A stretch of 59,358 bases of DNA, taken from contig PFOW01000058.1 in the NCBI GenBank assembly GCA_002792735.1, positions 1 to 59,358 on the forward strand, in the 5' to 3' direction. The notes beneath the pieces were generated by a model. The model made no database searches, had not been told where the DNA came from, and saw only the letters and a list, made by a program, of their open reading frames with translations. This DNA is from a bacterium CG_4_10_14_0_2_um_filter_33_32 (GTDB taxonomy: Bacteria > Patescibacteriota > CPR2_A > CG2-30-33-46). The translations under genes and the position numbers were made by a program. Positions within the stretch are counted from its first letter, which is position 1. Every line of letters begins with the position of its first letter. This document shows, in pieces, positions 1-10,124 of the stretch.

Positions 1-78
1 TTTGGGTAATATTTCACCCATTGATTATTTAATAAAAACTGTTCCGGAGTCTCAAATGTGCGTGACGCGTACATAATA

Positions 79-107
79 TTGAAATTTCCACGTAATTATG
101 GTAACCT
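79..107 (+). promoter_or_regulatory. sigma70-type promoter of rpsO (probably leaderless)
   Basis: TTGAAA-N17-TAACCT with extended TG; ATG lies 7 nt downstream with no SD. Confidence 0.5.
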
Positions 108-114
108 GTATTAT

Positions 115-378
115 ATGATTAAAACAGATAAGAACAACAAAAAAGAAGAATTTAAGAAACACGAAAAGGACACTGGTTCAACAGGTGTTCAAATTGCACA
201 GTTAACTGAGAATATTAACCAGCTTACAGAGCATCTTAAAACTCACAAAAAAGATTTTTCTGGCCGTAGAGGTTTATTAAAGATGGTTGGTAAAAGAAGA
301 AAACTTTTAGATTATTTAGCAAAAAGATCAGCTAAAGAATATAAAAATATCATAGAAAAATTAGGCTTAAAAAGGTAA
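115..378 (+). CDS. rpsO: 30S ribosomal protein S15
   Basis: [39 protein letters not shown] motifs; ATG 115 gives the normal length. Confidence 0.97.
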   Translation: MIKTDKNNKKEEFKKHEKDTGSTGVQIAQLTENINQLTEHLKTHKKDFSGRRGLLKMVGKRRKLLDYLAKRSAKEYKNIIEKLGLKR

Positions 379-385
379 AATAATT

Positions 386-457
386 GTGCTAGGGATTGAA
401 GATAAAGTGAATGTTAAAATTTAGGTTTAACGTTAACTTTTCCTTGATTCTTAGCAC
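386..457 (+). promoter_or_regulatory. long imperfect hairpin in the rpsO-pnp spacer (possible RNase III processing or pnp autoregulation site)
   Basis: GTGCTAGGGA...TTCTTAGCAC outer stem and AATGTTAAA/TTTAACGTT inner stem; position analogous to the known pnp leader hairpin. Confidence 0.5.
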
Positions 458-477
458 GTAGTTTTGGAAGGAGAAAA

Positions 478-2550
478 ATGGAATTTGTTTCCGTTTTAGG
501 TAAAGTTGGGAATAAAGATGTGGAGATAAGTACAAAAATCATCGCAGAACAGGCTGATGGTTCTGTATTAGTTAAAATAGGTGATACTGTTGTATTGGCA
601 AGCGCTATAATGTCGTCTTCGCCGAGGGAAGATATAGACTTTTTTCCGTTATCTGTTGAATATGAGGAAAGATTATATGCCGCAGGTAAGATTTCTGGCA
701 GCAGATTTGTAAAAAGGGAGGGTAGGCCTACTGATCAAGCGATACTAACAGGAAGATTGATAGATCGTTCAATTAGGCCTTTATTCCCTAAAAATTTAAG
801 GAATGATGTTCAAGTTATCTTAACTGTTCTTTCGGTAGATGGCGAGAACGATTCTGATATTGTAGCAGCTATAGCCGCATCCTCGGCCTTAGCTATTTCA
901 GAAATTCCATTTTTAGGACCTATAGCAACTTTTAGAATTTCTGGGGCAGAAAATCAATTTATTGTAAATCCTACTTATAATGAACAAGAAAATAGCAATT
1001 TTGAGGTTATTGTAAGCGTTGTAGATAATAAAATAACAATGATAGAGACTTTAGCGAAAGAGGCAAAAGAAGAAGAGATTGTAAAAGCTTTTGACCTAGC
1101 TTTAAAAAATTCGAAAGATATTATCAGCTTACAAGAAGAATTAGTGAAGAAAATAGGCAAAAAGAAAATAGAAACCGTAAAGCCTAGTGAAGATTCGGAA
1201 ATATTAAAATCGGTAAAGGAATTAACGGATAAAAAATTAAATAATGCTATTTTTGGAACGAAGAAAGAAATTAAAGAAGACTTAAATGATATTAGTGATG
1301 AGATAAAAGAAATTTTTAAAGACGATAAAGAGAAAAAAAATCATGCTCTAAAACTTTTTGACGATTTAGTACATAAAGAGATAAGAAAATCTATATTAGA
1401 AGAAGATAAAAGACCCGATGGTAGAAAACTTGACCAGTTAAGGAATATTACGGCTGAGGTAGGAGTTCTTCCTAGAACTCATGGATCAGCAATATTCAAA
1501 AGAGGAATGACCCAATCTTTAACAGTAACAACTTTAGGATCAACAGCTGATGCTCAAATATTGGATACGATGGAAGAAGATTCCACTAAAAGATATATGC
1601 ATCATTATAATTTTCCTCCATATTCTGTCGGAGAAACAAAGCCACTAAGGGCTGCGGGAAGAAGAGAAATTGGTCACGGCGCATTGGCAGAGAAAGCATT
1701 GATAAATTTAGTACCATCTAAAGAGGAATTTCCGTATACTATTAGAGTTGTATCTGAAATATTATCATCTAATGGTTCAACTTCCATGGCTGCAACATGC
1801 GCAAGCACTCTTTCTCTGATGGATGCCGGGATACCTATTAAAAGTCCGGTTGCCGGTATATCAATAGGTCTTGTGGCTTCTGAGGACGAGAAAAGCTTTA
1901 AATTACTTACTGATATTGCAGGCTTAGAAGATTTTTCAGGTGATATGGATTTTAAAGTAGCAGGTACAAAAGACGGCATTACTGCAATACAGATGGATAC
2001 CAAATTAAAAGGCATAACTTTTGAAATTTTAAAAGAAGCTATAGAAAAAGCCAGAATTGCTAGATTGGAAATATTAGATATTATGCTTAAGGTTATTCCA
2101 GAGCCGCGTAAAGATTTATCAAAATACGCACCACGAATAAGTAAAGTTACTATTAATCCTGATAAGATTCGCGACGTTGTCGGGTCTGGAGGGAAAATTA
2201 TTAATAAGATTATCGAAGAAACGGGTGTGGAGATTGATATTGAACCCGATGGAACAGTGATGATATTTTCCAATAATCCTGAAGCAAACAAAAAAGCCGT
2301 AGATTGGGTTGAAAGGCTTACTCACGAATTTAAAGCCGGTGAGGTTTTTGACGGAAAAGTCACCAGGGTTCTGGATTTTGGAGCAATGGTTGAGGTTTTG
2401 CCTGGGCAAGAAGGTTTAGTGCATGTTTCAAAGCTAAGCAAAGGTTTTATTAAAGATATCAGGACGGTTGTAAAAGTTGGCGATAAAATGAAAGTTGTAG
2501 TTACTGAGGTTGATTCAGAGGGTCGTCTCAATCTTCAAAAAATTGGCTAA
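478..2550 (+). CDS. pnp: polyribonucleotide nucleotidyltransferase
   Basis: Two RNase PH domains (DFFPLSVEYEE, RREIGHG, GDMDFKVAG), KH and S1 domains. Confidence 0.98.
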   Translation: MEFVSVLGKVGNKDVEISTKIIAEQADGSVLVKIGDTVVLASAIMSSSPREDIDFFPLSVEYEERLYAAGKISGSRFVKREGRPTDQAILTGRLIDRSIRPLFPKNLRNDVQVILTVLSVDGENDSDIVAAIAASSALAISEIPFLGPIATFRISGAENQFIVNPTYNEQENSNFEVIVSVVDNKITMIETLAKEAKEEEIVKAFDLALKNSKDIISLQEELVKKIGKKKIETVKPSEDSEILKSVKELTDKKLNNAIFGTKKEIKEDLNDISDEIKEIFKDDKEKKNHALKLFDDLVHKEIRKSILEEDKRPDGRKLDQLRNITAEVGVLPRTHGSAIFKRGMTQSLTVTTLGSTADAQILDTMEEDSTKRYMHHYNFPPYSVGETKPLRAAGRREIGHGALAEKALINLVPSKEEFPYTIRVVSEILSSNGSTSMAATCASTLSLMDAGIPIKSPVAGISIGLVASEDEKSFKLLTDIAGLEDFSGDMDFKVAGTKDGITAIQMDTKLKGITFEILKEAIEKARIARLEILDIMLKVIPEPRKDLSKYAPRISKVTINPDKIRDVVGSGGKIINKIIEETGVEIDIEPDGTVMIFSNNPEANKKAVDWVERLTHEFKAGEVFDGKVTRVLDFGAMVEVLPGQEGLVHVSKLSKGFIKDIRTVVKVGDKMKVVVTEVDSEGRLNLQKIG

Positions 2551-2563
2551 TCCTAAATATCTA

Positions 2564-2592
2564 TTGACAAATTAACGAAATTATATTATAGT
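2564..2592 (+). promoter_or_regulatory. sigma70-type promoter
   Basis: TTGACA-N17-TATAGT upstream of udg-rnj. Confidence 0.6.
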
Positions 2593-2685
2593 ATTTTGAT
2601 TTGGGAAAACACAGCTCTAAATAATTAAATAATTTTCAGGCGTTTTTGGTCTATAAATGATTCTTTGATTTACTTTGATCTCTTT

Positions 2686-3288
2686 ATGATTACAAAAAAA
2701 GAAATACTCAATTCTAGGTCTTTGCAGCAAATTAATAATTTAGTATCTAAATGTAAAAGATGCGATCTTTATAAAACAAAAAAATGTGATGTTTCAGGTG
2801 AAGGTAATTCTAAGGCCAGTATATTGTTTATTGGTGAAGGTCCAGGCAAAGCAGAGAATAAGACTGGCAGGCCTTTTGTAGGCAGAGCAGGAAAGTTTTT
2901 GGATTCTTTATTAGGATCAATCAATATTAATAGAAAAGATATTTTTATTACTAATTTGATTAAACATTGGCCGCCTGATAACAGAAAGCCTAAAAGGGGT
3001 GAGATAGGCGCTTGTTTTCCTTATCTTGAGACCCAAATTCGGATTGTTAATCCAACTATAATTGTGTTACTGGGAGGATTTTCATTTAATGTATTTTTCC
3101 CGAGTGAGCAAATTTCAAAAGAACACGGTAAATTTTTAAATAAAGATAGTAGGGATTATCTTGCTTTATATCATCCGGCAGCAGCTATTTATAATAACAA
3201 TTTAACAAATATTTTAATGAATGATTTTCAAAAACTTAAAAAGTACGAAAATTATAATAAGGAGAAAAATGTTGGAAAAGACAGATAA
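2686..3288 (+). CDS. uracil-DNA glycosylase, family 4
   Basis: CxxC, GEGPG, GRPFVGRAG, YHPAA motifs; start at 2686 is inferred. Confidence 0.9.
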   Translation: MITKKEILNSRSLQQINNLVSKCKRCDLYKTKKCDVSGEGNSKASILFIGEGPGKAENKTGRPFVGRAGKFLDSLLGSININRKDIFITNLIKHWPPDNRKPKRGEIGACFPYLETQIRIVNPTIIVLLGGFSFNVFFPSEQISKEHGKFLNKDSRDYLALYHPAAAIYNNNLTNILMNDFQKLKKYENYNKEKNVGKDR

Positions 3289-5014
3289 ACAAAATATTGG
3301 GCCACAGAAAAGTCATCAGCCCACACAAGATCCAAAAGAATCTCAAGAACCTAAATTAAGGATTATTCCTTTAGGAGGTGTTGAAGAGATCGGTAAAAAC
3401 ATGACCATTTTTGAGTATGGTAATGACATAATTATCGTTGATATGGGTTTTCAATTTCCTGACGAAGAAATGTTAGGAATCGATTATGTTATACCTGATA
3501 CTACTTATCTTGAGGCACATAAGGAAAAAATAAGAGGTGTTATTATAACTCATGGTCACATGGATCATACCGGCGGTATTCCATATATTATACCTAAAAA
3601 ATTTAGTGTACCAATTTACACCGGTAACCTTACTGCTCATATGATTAAAAAGAGACAGGAAGAATTTGGTAATGCTGCAGAGATTAAGATTAATACAGTA
3701 AATCCTGACAAGGATATTATTCAGTTAGGTGTATTCAGAATAGAATTTTTTAGAGTTAATCATAATATTCCTGATGGAATGGGGTTAGCTATCCATACAC
3801 CAGTCGGCGTAATTATACATACCGGAGATTTTAAATTTGATCATACGCCAGTTGATGAAAAACCTACTGATTTTTCTAAATTAGCAAAATACGGAGGTGA
3901 GGGAGTTTTGGTATTAATGTCTGATAGTACTTCAGTAGACAAACCTGGTCACTCAATTTCAGAAAAAGAAATTGGAAATAATCTTAATAATATTTTTGCA
4001 GGTGTTAAAGGAAGATTAATCATAGCTTCTTTTTCGTCTCTAATTTCTAGGATTCAGCAAATTATCAATGCAGCTGAAAAGTTTGGAAGAAAAGTGGCAG
4101 TTGTTGGAAGAAGCATGAATGATAATGTTCAGATTGCAAGAGAATTAGAATATCTTAAAATTAATAAGGGCGTATTAGTTGATATTTCTGAGACAAAGAG
4201 TCTATCAGATAATAGAGTAGTAATTCTTACTACCGGAAGTCAGGGGGAGGAACTTTCCGGTTTAATGCGTATGGCTTCCGGAGAACATAAAGATGTAAAG
4301 ATAAGAAAAGGTGATACTGTGATTCTATCTTCTTCACCAATTCCTGGCAATGAACGTTCGATTGTATCAATGATGGATAATTTATTTAGAGAAGGTGCAC
4401 GAGTTATATATAATAAACTAATGGACGTTCATACTGGTGGTCATGCAAGGCAGGAAGATTTAAAACTCATGATTGATTTAGTAAAACCTAAATATATTAT
4501 TCCTATTCACGGCGAAAGACATAAACTCGTAATGCATAGTGATGTTGCCGCAAGTGTTGGTATTCCTCAAGATAATATTTTTGTTGTTGATAACGGTCAA
4601 ATTATAGAATTCGATAGCAAACAGCATGGTAGAGTGAAAAGAGAGAAACTGCAGGTTGGTTATGTAATGGTTGATGGATTAGGCGTTGGAGATGTTGGCA
4701 ATATTGTTCTTCGTGATAGGCAAGTTATGTCTAAGGATGGTATTTTTGTAGTTATTTTGACTATAGATCGGAAAACTGGCCGTTTATTAAATAGTCCAGA
4801 TATAATTTCTAGGGGATTTGTTTATATGCGTGAATCCGAGGCACTTATAAATGGTGCTCGCGATAGAGTTCGGAAGTCTCTTGAGAAGAAAGACGGTACC
4901 TATCCATCTAATTGGGCTTATATTAAGAATAAAATTAGAGAAGATATGGGTGAATTTTTGTATCATCATACTCAAAGACGTCCTATGGTTTTACCAGTTG
5001 TCATAGAGGTGTAA
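3269..5014 (+). CDS. rnj: ribonuclease J
   Basis: PLGGVEEIGKNM, THGHMDH, HTGDFK, HTGGHA, RRPMVLP; AGGAG before ATG 3269. Confidence 0.97.
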   Translation: MLEKTDKQNIGPQKSHQPTQDPKESQEPKLRIIPLGGVEEIGKNMTIFEYGNDIIIVDMGFQFPDEEMLGIDYVIPDTTYLEAHKEKIRGVIITHGHMDHTGGIPYIIPKKFSVPIYTGNLTAHMIKKRQEEFGNAAEIKINTVNPDKDIIQLGVFRIEFFRVNHNIPDGMGLAIHTPVGVIIHTGDFKFDHTPVDEKPTDFSKLAKYGGEGVLVLMSDSTSVDKPGHSISEKEIGNNLNNIFAGVKGRLIIASFSSLISRIQQIINAAEKFGRKVAVVGRSMNDNVQIARELEYLKINKGVLVDISETKSLSDNRVVILTTGSQGEELSGLMRMASGEHKDVKIRKGDTVILSSSPIPGNERSIVSMMDNLFREGARVIYNKLMDVHTGGHARQEDLKLMIDLVKPKYIIPIHGERHKLVMHSDVAASVGIPQDNIFVVDNGQIIEFDSKQHGRVKREKLQVGYVMVDGLGVGDVGNIVLRDRQVMSKDGIFVVILTIDRKTGRLLNSPDIISRGFVYMRESEALINGARDRVRKSLEKKDGTYPSNWAYIKNKIREDMGEFLYHHTQRRPMVLPVVIEV

Positions 5015-5017
5015 GAT

Positions 5018-5047
5018 AAAAAAAACCGGCTTTAAGCCGGTTTTTTT
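5018..5047. terminator. intrinsic terminator (bidirectional form)
   Basis: A-tract CCGGCT TTA AGCCGG T-tract. Confidence 0.85.
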
Positions 5048-5122
5048 ATATGAAATTTATCGGCATTTATTATTTAAAGTTAGCTACTAATTATTTATAT
5101 TTTGAGGTATAATTATTAGTAT

Positions 5123-7261
5123 ATGTCACCAAAGAAAAGGAAAAATAAGCGAAGAAGAAAGTCCTTTTTTTATCCTAAAAGTTCTGAGTCAGAAATGGAT
5201 TTAAGAGTAAGCCCTGATACTATCAGGGAAATTGCCGGCGTTTCTCTTATTGTATTTGGAGTAGTTTTTTTACTGGCGGTATTAAATTTAGCCGGTAATT
5301 TAGGTTCAATTCTTTATTCGCTGTCAAGGATAGTTATAGGCTGGTCTTCTTTTTCCTTGCCAGCTATTTTTATAATTTTAGGAATAGGATTTCTTTATCC
5401 TCAAAAAATATTAATTAGGCCATCGACAGTTTTGGGAATAATTATTTTTATTATTTCATCGGCAGCTTTTATACATTTACTTTTTGCTTTTAAAACTACT
5501 ATCTCACAGTTAAAGCTAGGCATTGGTGGAGGTTATGTAGGTTATGGAATAACTCTTCTTTTTTCACAGGTTTTTGGATTTTGGGCTTCGCTAGTGATAT
5601 TTTTAGGGGTTTTGATTTCATCTATTCTTTTAACATTTAATACGTCTTTTTCGAGTTTTAGAGATAAGTTAACTGAAATAAAAGATAATCAGAAAAAACC
5701 GGAAGTGGTTGTAAACACGCCGCCTGATTTTAAAACAGAAGTAAGGGAGATTTCTAATAAATCAAAGCTTTCTCGAGTATCATTACAGGAAAATAAAGAC
5801 ATAGAACTTTCTTATACTGATACTTTAGATAAAGATTGGAAACTTCCGCCACTGGATTTGCTTTCTGATGCTATTACTGCTCCTGATAGTGGAAACATTA
5901 AAGAAAATGTGAAAATTGTAGAAAGAACTTTATCTAATTTTGGAGTTTCGGTTGAAATGGTTGATGTTAATGTTGGTCCAACTGTTACTCAGTATACTTT
6001 AAAACCTGATGACGGAGTTAAACTTAACAAAATTACAAGTCTTAATAATGATTTAGCTCTAGCCTTAGCTGCCCATCCCATTCGTATTGAAGCTCCTATC
6101 CCGGGTAAATCATTGGTAGGAATAGAAATACCCAATAAATCAGTATCTACAGTAAGATTAAAAAGTTTATTGGAAGCAGAATCATTTCTAAAAAGAAAAT
6201 CCAATTTAACTATTACTTTAGGTAGAGATGTTGCCGGTTCTCCTTCTTATGCCAATTTGGATAATATGCCTCATCTATTGATTGCCGGTAGTACAGGTTC
6301 TGGTAAAAGTGTTTCTATTAATTCATTGCTTATAAGTCTGCTTTATCAGAATTCACCAAGAGATCTTAAACTGCTTTTGGTGGATCCTAAGAGAGTGGAA
6401 ATGTCTGTTTATAATGGTATTCCTCATCTTTTAACTCCCGTTGTTACAGAAGTGGATAAAACAGTTAATGCTTTAAAGTGGATGGTTTCTGAAATGGAGA
6501 GAAGGTATAGGCTTTTTCAGCAAAACGGAAAAAGAGATATAAAATCATATAATCATTCTTTAAAAGATGAAAAAATGCCTTATATAGTTGTTATAATTGA
6601 TGAATTAGCTGATTTGATGACAGTCGCTTCTAATGAAGTTGAGGGCGCAATTGTAAGATTAGCTCAAATGGCTAGGGCGACCGGAATTCATCTTGTAGTT
6701 GCAACCCAAAGACCATCAGTTGATGTTATTACTGGTTTGATTAAAGCTAATATTACGACAAGGGTTGCATTTGCAGTTGCCTCACAGGTAGATTCCCGCA
6801 CTATTCTAGATATGACTGGCGCAGAGAAACTACTTGGAAAAGGAGATATGCTTTATCTATCTTCTGACAATTCAAAACCAAAAAGAATTCAAGGTGTATA
6901 TATATCTGATGCTGAAATAAAAAAAGTTACAGAATTTCTTAAAGGCAAGGAAGAAGCTACATATAATAATGAAATTCTTGAAAAGAAGATCGAAGAATCT
7001 TCTATTTCAGGTTTAGGGAGTATGGGCGATGATTCTTTATATAGAGAAGCAGTTGAGGTTGTTATTGCCGCAAAGAAAGCTTCTGCTTCCTTACTTCAAC
7101 GAAGGTTAAGAGTCGGTTATGCGCGTGCCGCAAGATTGTTAGATATATTAGAAGAAAAAGGTATAGTTGCCCCTCAAGAAGGAAGCAAGCCAAGAGATGT
7201 TTTAATCTCTAATGCTGGAGAAACTGAGGAGACGGACGAGGAAGAATATCAAAATTTGTGA
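5123..7261 (+). CDS. ftsK: DNA translocase FtsK/SpoIIIE
   Basis: N-terminal TM segments, GSTGSGKS, IDELADLM, ATQRPS, gamma domain LQRRLRVGYARAAR. Confidence 0.97.
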   Translation: MSPKKRKNKRRRKSFFYPKSSESEMDLRVSPDTIREIAGVSLIVFGVVFLLAVLNLAGNLGSILYSLSRIVIGWSSFSLPAIFIILGIGFLYPQKILIRPSTVLGIIIFIISSAAFIHLLFAFKTTISQLKLGIGGGYVGYGITLLFSQVFGFWASLVIFLGVLISSILLTFNTSFSSFRDKLTEIKDNQKKPEVVVNTPPDFKTEVREISNKSKLSRVSLQENKDIELSYTDTLDKDWKLPPLDLLSDAITAPDSGNIKENVKIVERTLSNFGVSVEMVDVNVGPTVTQYTLKPDDGVKLNKITSLNNDLALALAAHPIRIEAPIPGKSLVGIEIPNKSVSTVRLKSLLEAESFLKRKSNLTITLGRDVAGSPSYANLDNMPHLLIAGSTGSGKSVSINSLLISLLYQNSPRDLKLLLVDPKRVEMSVYNGIPHLLTPVVTEVDKTVNALKWMVSEMERRYRLFQQNGKRDIKSYNHSLKDEKMPYIVVIIDELADLMTVASNEVEGAIVRLAQMARATGIHLVVATQRPSVDVITGLIKANITTRVAFAVASQVDSRTILDMTGAEKLLGKGDMLYLSSDNSKPKRIQGVYISDAEIKKVTEFLKGKEEATYNNEILEKKIEESSISGLGSMGDDSLYREAVEVVIAAKKASASLLQRRLRVGYARAARLLDILEEKGIVAPQEGSKPRDVLISNAGETEETDEEEYQNL

Positions 7262-7268
7262 GGAAAAA

Positions 7269-8252
7269 GTGGTTCCAAAATTTAAAACAACCGAAGTAAC
7301 ACCTTCTGAAACCTTAGGTGAGAAGCTAAAAAAAATAAGAGAAGGGTTAAAGTTGAGTTTAGCTGATGTAGAGAAATCTACAAAAATACAGAAAAAATAC
7401 ATCAAAGCTATTGAAGAGAACGATTATAACTCTCTGCCCGCAGATGTTTATACAAAAGGTTTTCTAAGTAATTATTCAAAGATTCTACGTATAGACGGTA
7501 ATAAGGTATTAGAAATCTACAAGAAAGAAAGAGGTATTATTGATAATATTCAACAGACCAAAAAACCAAGAAATATCAATAAACTTAAATCTCCAAAGTT
7601 TATAATAACGCCAAAAAGTATGCTGGTATTTTTAGCTGTTATTCTTGCCTTTGGAATTATTAGCTATATCGGTTACGAAATTTTTATATTAACATCTTCT
7701 CCAAAACTACAGATTATCTCGCCGGTAGATAATTCAGTTATTAAAAAAAACTTTATAGATATTACAGGTAAGACAGATGAAGGAGCTGACGTTTATATTA
7801 ATGGTCAAAAGGTAAATATTTCAGAAGCAGGCGATTTTAAGATTAATGTTGGTATTGGACAAAAAGGTGTTAATGTAATTAAGATAGTTGCTAAAAATAA
7901 TAAAAACGGTAAAACAACCGAAAAAATAACTAATGTTATAGCAGAAATATCAGAAGTTTCTTTACCTAACCAGCCGGCTACCCCAGAGTTGTTAAATAAT
8001 GTAAAAGTTACTTTAAAAATTGATTCTGGAACGGCATGGATTTCATTAGTCAAAGACGGTAATAAAGATTTTGAAGGTATAATGCTTCCGGGTACAATCA
8101 GGGATTTCGAAGCAAAAGATAAAATTATACTAACAACAGGTAATGCTGGAAGTACGGAAGTTATTTTTAATGGTAAAAGTTTAGGTAAAATCGGAGGAGA
8201 TGGAGAAGTAAAAACAGATTTAGTTTTTGATCAAAATACCAAAGTTGAATGA
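7269..8252 (+). CDS. rodZ: RodZ-like HTH membrane protein with Ig-like and C-terminal DUF4115-like domains
   Basis: LGEKLKKIRE..YIKAIEENDY..YTKGFL HTH, single TM, GNAGSTEV motif; located between ftsK and recA; GTG start inferred. Confidence 0.8.
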   Translation: MVPKFKTTEVTPSETLGEKLKKIREGLKLSLADVEKSTKIQKKYIKAIEENDYNSLPADVYTKGFLSNYSKILRIDGNKVLEIYKKERGIIDNIQQTKKPRNINKLKSPKFIITPKSMLVFLAVILAFGIISYIGYEIFILTSSPKLQIISPVDNSVIKKNFIDITGKTDEGADVYINGQKVNISEAGDFKINVGIGQKGVNVIKIVAKNNKNGKTTEKITNVIAEISEVSLPNQPATPELLNNVKVTLKIDSGTAWISLVKDGNKDFEGIMLPGTIRDFEAKDKIILTTGNAGSTEVIFNGKSLGKIGGDGEVKTDLVFDQNTKVE

Positions 8253-8336
8253 TTGTATAATTCATGATAAGTTAAGTTGTATTAAATAATAAGAATTAAT
8301 GCCCGTTTGTAACGTTATGCTTGCATAAACGGGCAG

Positions 8337-8408
8337 GCCCGCCCTCACTTACAGTTTCTGGCGGGCCTCGGCTTCGGCAAAGAATATATATTCCGAAGCC
8401 TCGGGAGG
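8337..8408 (+). repeat. structured two-hairpin leader element, copy 1 (before recA)
   Basis: GCCCGCC-CTCACTTACAGTTTCT-GGCGGGC then CTC-GGCTTCGG...CCGAAGCC-TCGG-GAGG; closely similar copies at 15800 and 38484. Confidence 0.9.
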
Positions 8409-8415
8409 TAAAATA

Positions 8416-9426
8416 ATGGATAACAAAGAAAAAGAGCAAAAGTTGCAAGCGGCTAAAATTGCAGTTGAGCAAATCGAAAAGAGATTCGGTAAAGGCTCTA
8501 TTATGCAATTAGGAGAAGCCAGAAGGGTAGATGTAGATGTCATTCCTACTGGTTCAATATCTATAGATATTGCTTTAGGGGTAGGTGGAATACCAAGAGG
8601 ACGAATTATTGAAATTTTTGGCCCAGAAAGTTCAGGTAAAACAACACTGGCCCAACATATTGTTGCTGAAGCGCAAAAAAAAGGAGGAGTAGCAGCTTTT
8701 ATTGATGCTGAGCATGCTTTGGATCCGGAATATGCCAAAAATATAGGTATTAACTTAAATGATTTATTAATTTCTCAGCCTGATACAGGGGAACAGGCTT
8801 TGGAAATCACTGAAACATTGGTAAGGTCTAATGCAGTAGATTTAATCGTAGTTGATTCTGTAGCAGCTCTTACACCTAGAATGGAAATTGAAGGAGATAT
8901 GGGTGACTCATTTATAGGATTACAGGCAAGATTAATGAGTCAAGCTTTAAGAAAGTTAGCCGGTGCTATTTCAAAATCAAACTCCATAGTTATATTCATA
9001 AATCAGATTAGAATGAAAATTGGTGTGATGTTTGGTAATCCTGAAACAACACCGGGCGGTAATGCTTTAAAATTCTATTCTTCTGTTAGGATCGATATAA
9101 GAAGAATTGGTCAGATAAAAGATAAGGAAAATATTATTGGTAATAGAACAAAAATAAAAGTTGTTAAAAATAAGGTAGCCCCTCCTTTTAAAATTGCGGA
9201 ATTTGATATCATGTATAAAGAAGGTATATCAAAAGAAGGAGATATTGTAGACTTGGGTGCCGAAATGGGTATTGTTGATAAATCGGGTTCATGGTATCAA
9301 TATGGAAAGGAAAAGATAGGTCAGGGTAGAGAAGCGGCCAAGCAATATCTAAAAGATAATCGAAAATTAAGAGATGAGATAGAGAAAGAGATAAGAAAAA
9401 AAATAAAAGAAGAAGTCGCAGCATAA
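8416..9426 (+). CDS. recA: recombinase RecA
   Basis: [36 protein letters not shown]. Confidence 0.99.
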   Translation: MDNKEKEQKLQAAKIAVEQIEKRFGKGSIMQLGEARRVDVDVIPTGSISIDIALGVGGIPRGRIIEIFGPESSGKTTLAQHIVAEAQKKGGVAAFIDAEHALDPEYAKNIGINLNDLLISQPDTGEQALEITETLVRSNAVDLIVVDSVAALTPRMEIEGDMGDSFIGLQARLMSQALRKLAGAISKSNSIVIFINQIRMKIGVMFGNPETTPGGNALKFYSSVRIDIRRIGQIKDKENIIGNRTKIKVVKNKVAPPFKIAEFDIMYKEGISKEGDIVDLGAEMGIVDKSGSWYQYGKEKIGQGREAAKQYLKDNRKLRDEIEKEIRKKIKEEVAA

Positions 9427-9452
9427 TTTATAAATTATGGTAATGAAGTATA

Positions 9453-9489
9453 AAAAAATCCAAAAAATTAATCTAGTTTTGGATTTTTT
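9453..9489. terminator. possible terminator hairpin between recA and recX
   Basis: AAAAAATCCAAAA...TTTTGGATTTTTT inverted repeat. Confidence 0.5.
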
Positions 9490-9500
9490 AAAACAATATT

Positions 9501-10124
9501 ATGGGTAAAATATCTAAGATAGAGGTACAGAAAAAAAGAAAAGATCGATATAGTATTTTTGTCGATGGTAAATTTCAAGTTGGTTTGTCGGAAAAAGATT
9601 TTTTGGAGCTAGGCATCAAAAAAGATCAGGAACTGAATGAAAAAGATTTAAAAATAATTAAAGACAGAAGCAATGAATCTAAAGTTAGGGAAAAGGCTGT
9701 AAGGCTTTTATCAATACGACCGCAAAGCGAAGATGAGATTAGAAAAAAATTAGAAGCGAAAAAATATGACTTTAGACTTATAAAAAAAACCATATCTTGG
9801 CTTAAAAAAGAAGCTTTATTAAATGATACAAAGTTTGCCAAAATTTGGATTAATAATAGAAAAAATTTCCATCCTCTAGGCAAAAGAAGGCTATTTTTAG
9901 AGCTAAATAAAAAATCTGTTAATAGGAATATAATTGAAAAAGAAATTAAGAAAATTTCTGATACTGAAGAGTTGTCGGCTGCTTCTAGGCTAGTCGAAAG
10001 AAGGATTATTCCGTATAAGGGTTTAGAAAAATATAAAAAGAGAGAAAAGATTATTAGTTTTCTTTCTAGGAGAGGTTATAGCTGGGATATTATTAAGGGT
10101 GTTATTGATAGGTTTAAGATTTGA
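9501..10124 (+). CDS. recX: regulatory protein RecX
   Basis: Follows recA; LLSIRPQSEDEIRKKL, LLNDTKFA, FLSRRGYS. Confidence 0.9.
   Translation: MGKISKIEVQKKRKDRYSIFVDGKFQVGLSEKDFLELGIKKDQELNEKDLKIIKDRSNESKVREKAVRLLSIRPQSEDEIRKKLEAKKYDFRLIKKTISWLKKEALLNDTKFAKIWINNRKNFHPLGKRRLFLELNKKSVNRNIIEKEIKKISDTEELSAASRLVERRIIPYKGLEKYKKREKIISFLSRRGYSWDIIKGVIDRFKI

Noticed and set aside
1674..2291. Long antisense ORFs in the track (also 8349-8738, 44815-45324, 56995-57372 and others)
   Set aside because: They are shadows of well-conserved genes on the opposite strand, with no RBS or recognisable motifs.
8250..8277. dif-like site (TGTATAA-TTCATG-ATAAGTTAAGT)
   Set aside because: Only a partial match to the XerD arm in AT-rich DNA; more likely promoter sequence.
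8382..8393. GAATATATATTC palindrome before recA as a LexA box (resembles GAAC-N4-GTTC)
   Set aside because: It sits inside the larger covarying element, also precedes rpsR, and is broken in the thrS copy. It cannot be excluded but does not explain the element.
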